From Camelus ferus (taxonomy: Eukaryota): 64,000 nt of DNA. Numbering within the stretch: position 1 is the stretch's first letter; every line of letters begins with the position of its first letter. Location: contig NC_045696.1 of assembly GCF_009834535.1 (NCBI RefSeq), positions 80,416,001-80,480,000 of the forward strand, given 5' to 3'. The position numbers and the translations under genes are program-made. Below are positions 24,801 to 39,722 of the stretch, in pieces. Below the pieces are notes generated by a model. That model was not told where the DNA came from. It searched no databases and saw only the letters and a list, made by a program, of their open reading frames with translations.

Positions 24801-27589
24801 TTCTTCCTTCCTAAAAGCACATCTCCACCCAAGAAAAAAAGCATTTTTAGCAAAGGGAAGGTTAAAATAAAAATACACTAGGAAAGCAAAAAAAATTTTA
24901 AAAAAAAAAAAAAGGACCAAGAAAAAAAAAAAAACCCACACACATAGAGGGAATATGTGTCATGTGAAATTTAAACTTTCCACAAATAATGGTTTTCATG
25001 TTTGCTCCAAAAAGAACTGTAAGTTCAGACTGTTTGCATAACTGTAAGGCCTAAACTAATTAAAATATCCCCTTTTATAAACACAATTTAGTTCTTTGGC
25101 TTGTTTCACATTTTTTTCCTTCTTAGAGAAGAAATACAGCTAGACACTTAGCTGCTAGTTATAGAATGTATTTACGGTTGTAAGAGCAGCCCCTTCATTC
25201 CAATGAAATGACATCAGCATTATTTCTCTGTAAACCTTCTGCCTAGTTCTCATCCTCAGGGCTCATTTTCAGATATGCCCGGCAATAGCATAATATGCTC
25301 TCTCAGACCTGCCAAGGAGCCGACTTAGCTACTTGCTCTCTTTAACAAATTATAAATAACAAACTAGGGGCATGGAAAATATGCAACTTCTGGTCACGCC
25401 CATTTTTAGGATAAGAGGCTTAAAATCAATAGCAAACACCCAATATGAGAATTAAATAAACAGAAATAAATAGTACTTTTGGATGGAAAAGAAAAGTAAG
25501 ACTCAACAATAAGGACAAGCTGGGTATGCAGTCAGTGCTTTATTAACGCTGATGAGAAGAAATGAAGGTGAAGGACAGCCAGCTTAGAAATGCTTATTGA
25601 ACTGCTTTTTCAATCAGAAAAATAAATCCGCTCTCTTCATTTTTAAAATATTACTTATGCTGGGGGAAAAAAGAAGAATCAATAAATGCACACAAAAGTA
25701 AATTACCTAAGAACGGTCATTTAAGTGATTATGATCCATAGTTAATGGTGTCAAATACAAATATTAAAGAAGTGTAAAATCACAAGAAATAAGTTTGCAT
25801 AATATAAAGGCAATGCAGTTAATCGGCAAAGACAAATATGCTGGAAGTATCTTCAGATACCAATCACCCTGATGCTAAAAATGCAGAGATAAACATCTTT
25901 CTAGCCATTTAGCTGGTTAAGTGGTTACTCTATTTGAAATCCTGAAAGACAGAAAACAGAATACGGACTCTCAACAGTAAAAAGAAAGTAGCAGGTAGGT
26001 GAACACAGGTTGTGGGCAGTTGCCGTCCAGTCTCGGAAAATATTTTTAAGAGCAACTTGGGTTCCAGGCAGATTCTGGAACCTTAGAGAAAGGAGCTGAA
26101 GAGAGATGAATTCCTTTTGCAGCTGGAGTGCCCGGCTGGACAGGAGGGAAGGCCAGAGAATGTAAATGGGACAAGGGGGTGCTGATTTCCTCTGAGCTTT
26201 TGTTGCTATTTCTGGAATTCAGAAGAAAGACTGATTTTCTGTTCCAGCCTAAAATCTGAGCAAAGCCCTATTAGGAACATTCTTATTAATCCACCTGCAG
26301 GCAAAGTGGATCCCTTCGGGCAAAAGCTGTGTAACACTTCAGTTAAGAGGGAACAACAGAAAAGTGTTAGGTCTGGGGCTTTAATGAAAGGTGAAGGCAC
26401 CAGATGCATTACCCTTGTTGAATCTCAGATCAACTGAGTTTATCTCCCAACCACCTCTTGTGATACCAACTAAATTGGATTCCACCAAAAACACTAGGAG
26501 ATACTATGCCCATTTCTGTCAAATTCCCTAAGAAAAATTCTCATGTTTACTTCACAAGGCAAAAATCATATATTTGCATGGAACTGGACAGAAGCAGCTA
26601 GCATTTTTAACGACAGCAAATTATATAGGGATGAAAACCCCACAGAAATGGATAAAGTATTAGGTAGCTATGCTTGCCTGGCAAGCCTGACTCCAGCACC
26701 GGTTCCTTCCTTTCCTTCCCTCTGCATGTTTGAACCGTGTCGCTGGCGAACTGAGCCCTAACTTGTGCCAGATATAGCTCTTTTATTCTGGGGGAAGGCT
26801 CAACTCCATGATTACCCAGCAAGAGCTGGTACCCTCCCTGGGTGTGTAACAGGAAGGCCATCACTTAAACATAGGATAGAACGACTTACAAAGGTAATTA
26901 AAGCTTATACACTACTTTCTGCACTGGCATCTATCAACATTTCCACAAAATGTTTTTTCCTTAAGATTTGGCATGTCACACTGAAAACTTTTCAAGTAGC
27001 TTATTCAATACTTTTGCAAGACTGTTCAACTGACAGGCAGAATCCGGAGAGCACAATTTTATAACACATTCAATCCAAAAGAGAACATCAATATACCACA
27101 ATGTAGCAAGTTTTGAACAGTTTTTACATCCACATTTTTAAAACTGATGTCTCACAGGACAAAATCATATACACTTGGGGACAAGGACAGACATTCAGTT
27201 TATGGCCAAAGAACCCAGTGAAGCTCATCAGCTGATACTGGAATCAAATCCAGAGCAGACCCCATGTGTTTGGGCTCTGAATCACCCACCAGAGTTCCAG
27301 CATACAGAAATGTCTTTACCATTTATGGTACAACCCAACTCACCCAGGAAATCAACAAATGCATATAGTCACCAAGCAGGTAATGCCAATGAGTAAAAGA
27401 TGGTGGATATGCCAGGCAAGAGGGAAGGGTAAGGACTGTGGAAAACTGAAAAGGCCTTCAACCTGCCTAAAGAGGGCAGCTGCTATGTATTCGATCAACT
27501 ATTGCCAAGTAGGATCTAAGGAATCCAAGTTTGACAGACTGCCATTTTTCCTGAGAATCTTGAAATAGGGACTTTTTTTTGCGACACTG

Positions 27590-28570
27590 CCTGATTTGTA
27601 AAAATACATATTTTGAAACAGTTTTAATTTATAGAAAAGTGAAGGAATAGTACTATGAGCACCCAAATGCCCTTCACCTACAATGACCAATTATTAACAT
27701 TCTGCTTTACTTGCATGCTCACATTTTATCCCTATAGGTACACACACACTTTTTTTCAGAACTACTTGAAAGGAAATAGTTGATCTTATGACATTTCAAC
27801 CCCCAAAACTTCAGCACGTCATTCTTAAAAACAAGGACCTTCTTTTATGTAACCACAATAACATCACACCAAGAGATTTAACATTGATAGAATAAAATCT
27901 AATCTACATTTCATATTCAAATTTCCCCAATCATTCCAGTAATGTCTTTACCAACCCCTACCCAATTCCAGGATCCAATCAGGAAACGTGTCGCATTAGT
28001 CTCCTTTAATCTAGAACAAATCCCCTATATTTTTCACCTTGGTAAAGTTAATATTTTTAAGGAGTCCAGACCAGTTTTCTTACAGCATAGAGAACTGTCT
28101 GGATCATGTAATTATTTCCTCATAATTAGATTCAGGTTAAAAATGTTTGGCGAGAGCTCCATGTGGATGTACTTTCCATTCCAACACGTAGGGAAGCACG
28201 TGGTGCCAGTCTGAACCTTTTGGTGAAGTTCAGCACTTTGGTCACTTAGTTAATGTACTGTGTGACACATCTTCCCGTTGTCAAAGCACCTCCTTCCCCT
28301 TGCACCTGATGACTGTCATACATGCCGATGATCTCTGCCAGAAGATATGATTATATTGACAGTTGCAAGATGGTGATGTTTCTAACTCTATCATTCCTTC
28401 TCTGTTAATTAGCTCCCTCTCCCACATTAAGTATCTATGAACTCATGATTTACTTTTTTCCCTCAGTAAAATTTGTCATACTCCACTGCCACTTTTTTGG
28501 ATGCTAAAACTGTCCCAAATGTAGCCAGTGGGAGGCCCTTTAAGCTGTCTTCTGTGCCCCTTTGTCCACT
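27590..28570 (-). mobile_element. Old L1M (L1MC/L1ME) 3' fragment, reverse orientation
   Basis: ttttgaaacagttttaatttatagaaaagtgaaggaatagtac, caaatttccccaatcattccagtaatgtc, caggatccaatcagg and gtcccaaatgtagccagtgggagg are typical antisense L1MC4-type phrases. Confidence 0.7.
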
Positions 28571-30214
28571 TCCTTGAGACTTCTGTTTTGAACACCTGTT
28601 AAATATTCTGGCTTAAGATCGCTTAGCCAGCAGTGAGAAAATGTGCAGACTGCAGGTGAGAGATTTTATTAGCATAAAGTAGAATTTATCCAAGAATTTT
28701 GAATTTGTCAAAAGCTGCTATTACCCAAGGATTTTCTTATTTAAACGTGACTAGAAAGAACCCATCTAAATATTTCTTTCATTTTTTTAGAAATTAAAGT
28801 TAAAGCAAGCCAATAACTCAAGAACCATCTTATATGACATTTTAAAATACAGCAAACTTGAATTTTAAAAACTCAAACATGAACCATGGTAAACTTTGAG
28901 TAGAAAAACATAGAACACATTTGGCTCTTCTTGGATTGTATAATTTGTGCTCTCAATTTAATCTGGCCACGTTTTATTTCTGGTTCTTCATGATCAACAT
29001 TTCTCTTTAAAAAACAGATAATCAAAAGAGACAGCACCATCTGCCCCAATCCAGAAAAGAAAATGGACAGTATTCTAAATGCATCCAACAGAGAAATAGA
29101 ATGAAAAGTTAGACTGGACCCCTCAAGCAGGAAACATCTATGTGGAGGATGCCATCTATCTATGCGAGGTTTTTCTCCAGAACTGCGACTACTGAGATCC
29201 TGAAGCCCTCCATTCTTAAATGTTTTCCTTTTATTCTCCCAAACACGTATAATAAAGCAGACATCTCACAAATCCAAGGTCAACGTGAAAGAAGTCTTGA
29301 GTTATTTACAAGCAAACTACTCTATACCAGTCATATGCACTGATCACTGTCTCAAAGTCTTTTAAAAAATTATTTGGAATTTAAATTATTCAGTTCTCTG
29401 TATAAAATAAAGGACTCTCTTGAGCCACACAGCTGGCACCTCTGTTGTCCAAATGAGCCACCCTTGTTGTTCAAAACAGGAAAGTCACAGGCCTATTAAT
29501 AATGTCTTTTGCACGTATATTTAGAAATTCAGCTAAAAGGTCTGAGAACTTGAGTATCACATTTATAGCCCCAAACCAGCTCTATACATGGCACACTTTA
29601 CCAGCCACATTTCAAAGTCTGCATGTGATAAATCATGCTCATCGGATCTCCATATCCTAACACCTGAGGTATACAACTCCTGAGCTCATCAGGCCTGGGG
29701 AGAACCCATGAGCAAAAGTAGCCACGTGAGTCATGAACAAAATTAGACAAGAAATGAAAATGCACAAGAGGAAAATATAAAAGAAAGACAGCACAGAAGA
29801 AAAAAAACAGAAGAGATGACAAAAAAAAAAAAAGGAAAAGAAAAAGAGGGAATAGTGAAAAAGGAATGAGTGACAGATAAAAAGATTCAAAATCTGGCTC
29901 TCAGCAATTGCATTACATTGACAATTTTTTATCTAGGTAATTGACTTTAAAGTAATTTCTTAGAGATTACAGTGATAAAGTTTCTATTATAAAATGCCAA
30001 AATGTACAAGGTTAATCTGCATATTAATTTGTAATCCTTAAATTACCCAAGGGTGAAAGGACAGAATATGCATGCTGCTGAGAGAGCAACTCTTCCAGGC
30101 GATGTTGCCTTTATCACCCACCTGCAATGGTCCTCCTTGTAGGGGCTCCCCTAACATCCCATCCTCCTCTCCATTTTTAAGTATATATCCCACTGCATGT
30201 TCCTGTTCAAAGTA

Positions 30215-30436
30215 CAGCTGACCTCTGCACACCAAGGGAATCAGCAGGGCCAACCATCCCCTTAGTTGAAAATTTGTGTATAACCTGCACTCGGCCCTCC
30301 ATAGATGCAGTTCCTCCATATACACAGATTCAACCAACCACAGATCGTATAGTACGATAGTATTTACTACTGGAAAAAAAGTCCGGGTATAAGTGGACCA
30401 GTGAGGTTCAAATCCGTGTTGTTCAAGGGTCAACTG
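30215..30436. mobile_element. Tigger2-derived MITE (MER8-like, TcMar-Tigger)
   Basis: Terminal inverted repeats cagctgacctctgcacac / gtgttgttcaagggtcaactg, a TA just upstream, and internal gtataagtggacc...gttcaaatccgtg; 222 bp long. Confidence 0.85.
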
Positions 30437-32016
30437 TCTGGCCTCTACTTCTCCAAAAACAGTAAGGGTAAGCTTCATGAATCCAGGAATCATATCTGTG
30501 CCGTGTGTCACTGATTCCACAGAACCCAGCTCAGGGCCTGCACAGGAACATTTCTTGAATGTATGACTGAATAGATGGTCAGAGAAACACTACCCACAAA
30601 TGTGCATACTATGCTTTTATTCTCTGAATATTTACAAACAGACACATGACAGATGTCATGGTGGAGAGAGTTATGAGGGAAGATGTCTTGATAGATCACA
30701 ATATTACACAGAATAACACATGATAAAACTGTGTCAAAAATCTGTAGGTCTCCATTTTTGCATAGGAAATGAGTATGTACATACTAAATTAATTCATTAA
30801 GAATCCGAAATTTGGTGTGGATTAGAAATATTTCTAAAGACAAAGCTAACAGTCTGCCTGTGGAAAAAAAAATCACTAAAGCCATCACACTTGCTGGGAT
30901 GATAAAAATGCAACTGAGTACGTTACTAACAAAGCAAGTGAGAATTCTTGGATCTCACTCTGGATAGTATCCAGGAGAACAATAGAGCATTTTACCTACT
31001 AGTGGTAACTTTTTAATCTGCTGTGTTCTAATCTCATTTCAGAAAATTAAATCAGAGTGCAAAGAGTTGTTTTTAGAGGCTAAAATGCCTTGGTTTTGTT
31101 TAGCCAAGTTAGTCGTTTTCCAGCTTTCCTGTTCCACAATAGTTTTCTTGTGTGCACAAATCATGCATCTCTAAAGAACCATTTGAGAAGACTCTATTAT
31201 GCCTCTTTAGCAATTAATTACTCAGCCAAATAGGAAAGTTTGACCTGCAAAAGTATTTGCAAGTCTCCCCTTTTGCAATCTTAATGCATGCTTCCAACTG
31301 CCCTGACTACACTTTCTCTTTTCCGCCTTAGAGTATGTGACTGCCTGGTTGCCTTTCTTCCCATAATTAACAGTCCTCCCCAGTTGCAATCCCCAGTGAA
31401 CGAAAAACTTGGCATTTTCCATTGAGAAATCTCCCTCTTTGCATTGCTGTCTATCCCAGGCCCACAGAGTCAGACTTGGGTTTACTGTGGACTCAGTCTT
31501 TATGGCTTACCACCTACAGCAAGCAGTCTTGCAGCCAGACACTTTGAGTAAAACACTGCCATGGGCTCAAAACTTCCAAGCAAGTCTCTATTTACTCTTG
31601 AGCAAAAGACTAATTTAGAGTTCTTTGATCCTGCTGGCAATAAGCAATTCAACTCACACATTCCTGCTGAAACTTTCCCAGTGAACTCCCAAACAGCCTT
31701 CTACAACTAGGAGTCAAACAAAAAGATACCCTAAGAGATAGGAACCAGAACGGTGAGCATACAACAGTACCATGTTATTCCTACAGAGTAAAAGAGGTCT
31801 CTTTTCGCTTGCAAATTCACCATATAGAATGAAAACAGAAGTGAGTCTTCAGTTTTAAGTCTTAGGTTTTAAAGAAGGAAAGTGTGCTTTTTTATTTTTC
31901 CCTATCGGTGTGCCCACTAGAATAAAATTTAATTAAAATATTTTGAATACACAGAGCAATTCAAAGAATTATAAACTATAGTATGACCTATAATTAAGTA
32001 GCCCTCTATAATGTAC

Positions 32017-32411
32017 TGTTATTAGCTGAATTGTGCTCCCCCCAAAATCCATGTATTGAAGTCCTAACCCCAAGCACCTCAGAACGTGACTGTATTTGGC
32101 AATGGAGTCTTTACAGAGGTAATTAAATTAAAATAAGGTCATAATGTTGGGCCCTATTAATGTTCTTATAAGAGGAGAAAATTTAAATAACAGACACACA
32201 GAGAGGGAAAGATGATGTGAAGACAATGGGAAAAATAGGCCATTGACAAGCCAAGGAGAGAAGCCTGAAACAGATTCTTTCCTCATGGTCCCCAGAAGGA
32301 ATAAATCTCGCACAGACTTACGGCCTCTGGAACTATGAGAAAATAAGTATCTGTTATTTAAGCCACCCAGTTTGTGGTAATTTGTTATTATAGCCCTAGT
32401 CATTTAATACA
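32017..32411 (+). mobile_element. MLT1 solo LTR (MLT1A/B-like), full length
   Basis: TG...CA ends: tgttattagctgaattgtgctccccccaaaatcc...aagccacccagtttgtggtaatttgttattatagccctag...aataca; 395 bp long. Confidence 0.9.
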
Positions 32412-34609
32412 TAGACCATACGTATGCAAATATGTACTTGATATTATTATACCCATTTACCAACTATGGAGCCTACAAACTAGGAATTTCAGAATTTGGT
32501 CAAGATCACACAAGGCAAATCTAAAAGAACCCAGTATAAACCCTAGGTCTTCTAATTCTCAGTTTAACACTATTTCTTCTTGGGGGACGCCAAACTTCCT
32601 TTCATCCTGCCATCCCCTCTAAGAGAATGAGGAAAGGGGTAGTGAGGACAATTTTACTTATGACAGATAACAAATTATCAGTATGAAGGGGCTGCCAAAC
32701 TGCTTGGTTCAGTACAAAATAATTACAGTGGAAGTTAAAATGTGTTTATTCCACTGCTTCTATAAGAGGTCATATCCAATTACAGAAGGCCAATTTAGAA
32801 GTCTAAAAAGAAGCTATTGAAAATCATTTGAAAAGCTGATCCAAAAAAAGACCACTTCCTGTGATAATTCTACAGGCTATTCCATGCCAGTGCATCAGTC
32901 ACACAATATCCTCTCCCCTTCCCCTCACATATAGAAATATATCGTGCAGGATGTTTTGAGGCTAGAATACTATTATGCAGTAATTGCTTCCAAAACACAC
33001 GTTACAGTATTTTTGCAGCTGACTGTGGCTTTAGAGAAGAAGCACACACTGGCTCCAAGAGGACAGAGACTACGTTGGACCATAAACTACAGCTGTGTGC
33101 TGCGCAGCACCACCTGAAATATCTGTGTTTTCTTCCCAACCAGTTAGGACAGAGTGTATCCAGACGACTCAACTTATTTATGGCTCCAGCTGTTTTTCTG
33201 TATTTTCAGACACTTGGCAATAGCTCGGGGAGAGCGGCCATTTTTCTGAAGTCTTCCAACAAGGATAAAGAAGGTCTAAACTGTACAGTGAGTACTAATT
33301 CTGCTCTTAGGTAGAGTAACAGCCATTAAAGCGTAGATTAATACCTTTCTGTTAGTCGAAGGAAGGTCCTAATTTGACCTGCTCAACAGTTGCTGAGCAG
33401 AAGTCTCACAAGCACTCACCTTTGTGGAGGAAACACCAATCTACCAGAAAGTACAGGAAAGTGTGTTTTTGAAGGAGCTAACAGTTGCTCTGTGCATGTA
33501 AAAGGCGCTCGTATAAGAATGAACCAGAACAAAGAGAGGACATGGGGGAAGGGAAGCAGGGGTGACTAGGTGGTACAGCAGTTGAAGGTGGCTGGTCTAG
33601 GAGACTGACTGCATAACAAAGGCATTTCTAACGAAATGCACACACAGATAAAGAGCTGTGGAAATTCATTCATGAGTTTCTTTAAGCAGCAAATCGTTGA
33701 ACTGTTCAGTTGTAATTACTGTGAACTAGTCTTCATCATTATATAATTCAACTACATTGTTAGTGTTAACGTGAACTAGTCTTCATTTCTACATTTTGAA
33801 TGAAATGGACAAGTCTTATTCTCTTTCCCCTAGCTACCAGGCTTCTCACAGTACATTCTTAAATAGTGGTTACTGAAATGCAATTGAGTAAAAAAATTGC
33901 ATGACCAAAATTATAAATGATGCATCTAAGTGAGTGACCTATCAAGGCGCATCATTTACAACAATTAAAAGTATCACACTGACCACGGTTATATTCCAGC
34001 AGGATAAAGTGACATGAACTAGAGAAAAAAAGCAAATGGGTTTTTTGCAGATTTGGGTTTAAAGCTACCTAAGATTGTGAAATTATAAGCATTCCATCTG
34101 CTCACCAGCTGTGGTCTCTAATCCTCTTTAATAACTTCAGCTTGCACGACTCCATGAGAATCCAGGCGTCTTCCAAATTTCACTTTACGTTAATTGCCAG
34201 GATTGATTTTTAGACACCAGTCTCCAGTGAAAGCAGCGTAAAGTTGATTTCGCTGGTAGGTGTTAATTTTCAGAGAAGTGGAAGGAAGTGGGAAGACAGA
34301 CTGAGATGGGAGGAGAGAAATTAAGGAGGTTCCAAGATCATCACATTGAGTTTTTAGGGTTCTGTACTCTCCAGCCAAGTCCAAAGGCTCAAAACGAGAA
34401 TATTTGCCTGAAATGTCAAATTAAAAATTCCCCAAAACTTGTAAAAGGCAACATCTAAAATAAAGATCATGTCTAGCTGTGTCTAGAATGAGGTTATGTC
34501 TTCTGTAGATGTCAGTCCTTTTCCCGATGGCAATCCATAACCTCTGCCTTCTGGTCACTGACCACAGACAGGGTCACAAAGCTCATCTACTTTTTCCTGA
34601 AAATACCTT

Positions 34610-34872
34610 TTTTGTTTTTATTGAAATATAGCTGATTTACAATTATTATATTAATTTCAGGTGTGCAACAGTGATTCAGTATTTTTACAGATTATATCCA
34701 CTAGACGTGGACATAACAACAAGATAACGGCTATAACTCCCTGTGCCATACATTATACACTTGCTGCTTATCTATTTTATACATAGTAGTTGATATCTCT
34801 TAATCCCATACCCCTAACTTGCCCCTTCCGCCTTCCATCTCCTCACTGGTAACCATTTATTTGTTTTCTCCT
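34610..34872 (-). mobile_element. L1 3' end fragment, reverse orientation
   Basis: A T-rich tail followed by attgaaatatagctgatttacaat...aatttcaggtgtgcaac...ctataactccctgtgc...ctcactggtaaccatt...ttgttttctc. Confidence 0.85.
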
Positions 34873-36859
34873 TAAGGTACTTAAGGCAGTTTCTAGCTAA
34901 GTCCCATACAAGGGGGCACCATGCGTAAATTCAGGAATAGTAAAGGTGTGTTATTAAGGGAAATACACAAATGTTATTAAAGTTGCAAGGAGGACTACAG
35001 TAATAGGTTTTATTACTTTTACACTCTGAAGTATCTTTCCACCCCCCACCCTCATACAGTTATGAAGACAAGAGAAGAAGTGATTCCTTTCTGAGTCAAG
35101 CTTAGCAACCACCTGGTTTCCAGACAAACACAGGTTTATAACATCTCCTGTATCTTCAGTTCAGATGGCTGAAATTTTCTGAGAAAAGCTGGAATTAGAG
35201 GTCTCTGCTTAAGCCCAATGGTGATCTGCTCCCCAGTGCCAATACCATAAGGGCCAGGATTTGCTTTCTACTGAAATGGGTTTTGTCGGAACACGCTTAC
35301 CTTCTAGGCTACAAGTCACAGAGGCTTCCTTTCCTAGAATGCTGTCATTAGGGGGCTCTCTGAACCAAGATGGTACAGGCTACCCTTGTTCCAAAATGTC
35401 AGTGTATTATCTGGTACAGAATGCTTTCATATGTGGAATCTCCATTAATAATTCTCAAAGAAAAAATCTTTGTCCTGTTTCTCATTCTGTAAACATTCAG
35501 AAGGTAATGGATCCTCATTTTCATTTCTGGCACAGACTTGAAGTTAACTTAAGAACTCCCTCCTAAGAGCACTGTGACCAGTTGAGTTACTCCTGGCTGG
35601 AAGGGCCAAGTGGGAGCAAACAGGCAAACAGTCCCTACTACTAGTACAAAGTGGTCAAAAAGTCAGGTTTCCTGACTTTTCCCAACAGTCAGAAAAAAAT
35701 GTTTTCATCATATCTTTCAACAGAGTGAGTGCATACAAAACCATTCCGAGTGCCAAAGGTGATGAGTAACAGAAAAGTTGTTATACCATTTTTCAGGTGC
35801 TTTAATATAGAAGTACGAAGGGAATCAGACTACTAAGAGCTGTTGTCTGAAAAATATCCCCAAACCATGGGAGAAATCAATAGTTTAAAACAAAAGACGA
35901 ATCCACTTCCATATTAAAACTTGTTTTAATATTCCAAAATGTCTTTACTACCAAGCAGTCAAGAGTATCTTGAGTCAAGTTTTAATTCCAATGAATTACA
36001 TGAAACTCAGTGTAAACTGGTGGGGAAAAACACAAAGTCCAGATTCTACCTAAGGATAAAAATAAAAGCTAATGGTAACAGAAATAATACTGGATTGCCA
36101 AAAGTAATTCTGCAATCACCAAGAAAGGCTAATTCTTATTGAACAAAAATGGGGGGAGCAGTGATGAAAATTTATTACACTTATTTGGTGGCAAGAAAAT
36201 ATGACCTGATTTATAGGGAAATGCATTCATCTGTGAGGATGAAACAGGCTCAGCATAAAACTCTTATGGGGCAATTCAGCTCCTCAAAAAAGCATTTTGT
36301 GCTCTGTGCTGTGCAATTCTGGCATACAAACATGCATGATAACTATCTGGTAACTCTTTCCAACTGCAATGGAATTCTGTATTTTAACCCAAGCCTTATA
36401 AAATAAAAATTTTAAAATAAGAAACAAATTTAGTAATTCATATTATTTACAAAAGATGTTTGGAAGTCATTTTGAACGAGATCTGCACTTGAACTTCTAA
36501 CAAGTCCAGTCTTTTTCCAATACACTCAGGAGTGAATTCTGGTGGGAGAATATAGACAACATACACATCCATGAACAAATATGGAGAGGACAGCTCGGGG
36601 TAGAAGAGTATGTGGGAAAGGCTGGTATGACGGAGGAGTCTGAGAAGTCCTCTCTGACTAGAGCATTTGGGTCACTCCAGGAAGGATGAGGAGGACCTAG
36701 ACTTTGTTACCAGGGTTAAGTGTCTGCTCTTCATGCTAAGTTCAAAAGGAAAACATAGGAGGTTTTAACAACACGCCCTGGCTGCTGTGTGGAGAATGAG
36801 TTGTAAGGGAACAAAAGTTAAAGGAGAGAGACAAGCTGAGGGCATCAAATCTCTATGAA

Positions 36860-36861
<2 letters not shown>

Positions 36862-36890
<29 letters not shown>
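36862..36890. repeat. (CA)n microsatellite
   Basis: Perfect CA run of about 14 units. Confidence 0.95.
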
Positions 36891-36893
<3 letters not shown>

Positions 36894-39178
36894 TTAAAAA
36901 ATAGGCACTAATAAGGGAAATCTTTGTACCATCTCTATTTTGCCATGAACCTAGAACTCCTCTAAAAAAATTGTCTTAAAAAGGGGGGGGGGCGCACTAC
37001 AACAATGCAGGAAATTTAGGAAGAGAGTCACATTTAATGAAATGTTTTAGATATACAGAAATTTATCACTTGATTCACAATAATTAACGTGATTTTCAGG
37101 ACCTAGGTTTTAGTATATGGTATTAATATCTGAGAAGAGCTACAACTCAAGTGACCAAGAACATGTATTTGATGAAATGTCTAATGGAAAAGCATGTTTG
37201 TACCACACTTGCTATACAACCTGAAGAATCCAGAACATGAAGTTGTGAATCATGATATGTCCACTTTCTTGAAGTCTGAAGTTACCCTTGGTTTGGACAC
37301 TGCTAATTGGAGATATATTGTAATGTAGACAGTAACACCATTTCTAGACAGCAAGTAATACCAAAAGCAGTTAAGTCACATTCTCTGTATTTAAGATTTC
37401 AACATATTTCCATGAATGTTGTGGCTCACAAAAAAAGCCAAATTCTACTAAATGGAAAACTTATTTCAGTCTCCAGAGCTATTCTCAAATAGTAAAACAA
37501 TTTACCAGACATACTTAAATAGTTCTTCCCAAAGTCCTTTATTTTCCTCATTTAAATTGGTTCCAAAAGGAACTGGCAAGGGCAGAGTATGTGCTGTAAA
37601 TGACTGATACTCTTGTGGAAAAAAACACATAAGTAGCTAAAACTAAAGGCTCATGACTATGGATACAGTTAAATGGCTTAAATTAGACAGATTTAATGTT
37701 TTAAATTCATTTAAAATAAGACTGAGGAAGCTATTCGACAAAGGTAACATGATGTGACCCCCTCGGCTCCTTTCCTCCCTTATTAAGGTCCTAGCAATAC
37801 CACAACCAAACACAGGGGAGACTGTGATCCACGCGACTGGTACTTTATCCTCCACGTCACGGCATCTGTACCTGCTGTCTCCTGTCATGTTTCATCTTGG
37901 CTGATCCTGGATATTCAACTGAGTTCTCGTGTTTGGCTAAAACGTTCCCCCCGCTACTTTTCCTTTCACCTTCATTTACACAATCTGGGCTGTATACCTC
38001 AACTTCACTACTCTCATCAATGAGAGTAATGTTTTAGGGCTCCTTATAATTCTTTAATTACAACCAAGGAAATTTTTGAAACCAACAAGCAGATAACAGA
38101 GTTCTGACTAATCTGCTCATCCAGTCAATGCTTTGCTGATGTTTTAAACTATACAGTTATATATACTTAACTTTGATATATTTCCTACCAAATTCACAGA
38201 ATCACAAATTCTAGAAGAGGAAAGAAATCTTAACTAATTTCAAATACTATCCTTTATGTACTTAAATTCTTCTACGTCTATTTTAGGCAAAACATCCATG
38301 CAAGGGTAAAGAAGGAAATTATTGTAAGGTACAAGTTCCATTACACAGGTAATAATTATTAAAAATATAGCAAGGCAGATAGCAGGGGTTTAGGATTTAT
38401 CACTCATATGACACCCTGGGGTCCACATAACTCTTCTTCAAAGTTAAGTTAATTATTAGGCCCCCACATACATAACAGCCCTCAAAGAAAGGACTCATGT
38501 AATCACTCTATAGCATTAGCGATCCAGTCAGCACCTAACAAGCATCAGCTTTTGTGGAATTTTCTTTGGGGGAATTTTATAATGATTAATTGTTCATCGT
38601 TAATAGAATCATTAGATTCATTAAGAATTAATTATTCTGACAGCTCTGTGAGTCTTATCTCATCTTTCTTTTTTTTCTTTTTTTAGAAAATAAATGAGAC
38701 AGGTTCCTTTTACTTCTTCCTGGAAAATGCCATTAACTCTAACCATTCACCTCTTAAAAGGGATTATACAGATCCTGATGTTTAACCTCCATTAAATGTT
38801 CTGAATATACGTATCTACCATTCACACGTGTGTATACACACTCATCCACATGACAACTCACTTCCATTTCCAGACTGACGGCTGCAGCATTCAACTTTGT
38901 GACTTGCCTCAACTAGCTTAATTTACTGTGCAGAGACTTCCCTGATGTGAACTGCTACCATGCAAGAAGGCGCAGCTCCGCTAAGTGACTCCTGGCTTAT
39001 GCCACCAGAGACGGATACTGAGAGCTGCCTTGGTACACGTATATTAACTGTAACTCACTGAAAACGTTGTGGTAGATGCTGAGGAAGGTGAGCGAATACC
39101 TCAATCAGATCTAAACACCATGCAGGACACTGAGCTGGCTCTGGCCAGGTTTCTAGAATGGGGATCCTGGAAGCAGTC

Positions 39179-39722
39179 TCTGGTAGGCTGAAAATAGCCC
39201 CCAGAGGATATCCATATCCCAATCTCCGGAAGCTGTGAACGTTATCTTTCATGGCAAGGTCTTTGGAGATGTGTTAAGGTAAGGTTTCCGAGATGGGAAA
39301 ATTATCCTGGATTATCTGAGTGTGCCTTAAATTATGAAATCACGTGTATTCTTAGAAGTAAGCAGAGGAAGATTTGACATGCACAGAGGACAAATCAATG
39401 TGAAGAGGGAGCAGACAGAGATTTGAAGATGCTAGTCTTGAAGATGAGAGGGATGCAGCCACAAGCAAAGGAATGCAGCCACAAGCAAAGGAATGCCGGC
39501 ACCCACTGGCTGGAAGAGGTAAGAAACCGACTCTTCCCTAGAGCCTCTGGAGGGCACATCATTCTGCTGACAACTTGATTTCAACCCAGTGACACTGATT
39601 TCAGACTTCTCACCTCCTAAATTGTATTCTTCAGATTCCCTCCAAAGCTGTGAAAGGATAAAACTCTGCTGCTTTAATTCACTAACTTTGTGGTAATTTG
39701 TTAGTCACAGAAAATGAATATG
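39179..39722 (+). mobile_element. MLT1 solo LTR (MLT1D-like) with an internal 20-bp tandem duplication
   Basis: tggtaggctgaaaatagccccc...gatgggaaaattatcctggattatctg...ccctagagcctctggagg...tttgtggtaatttgtt...gaata. Confidence 0.88.

Noticed and set aside
29722..29735. Overlapping E-box/AP-1 (cacgtgagtca) and scattered TGAGTCA sites
   Set aside because: Short motifs at near-background frequency cannot support an enhancer call without chromatin data.
30038..30520. 160-aa minus-strand ORF
   Set aside because: It runs through the MER8/Tigger2-like MITE and flanking remnants, with no transposase or other recognisable domain; a chance ORF.
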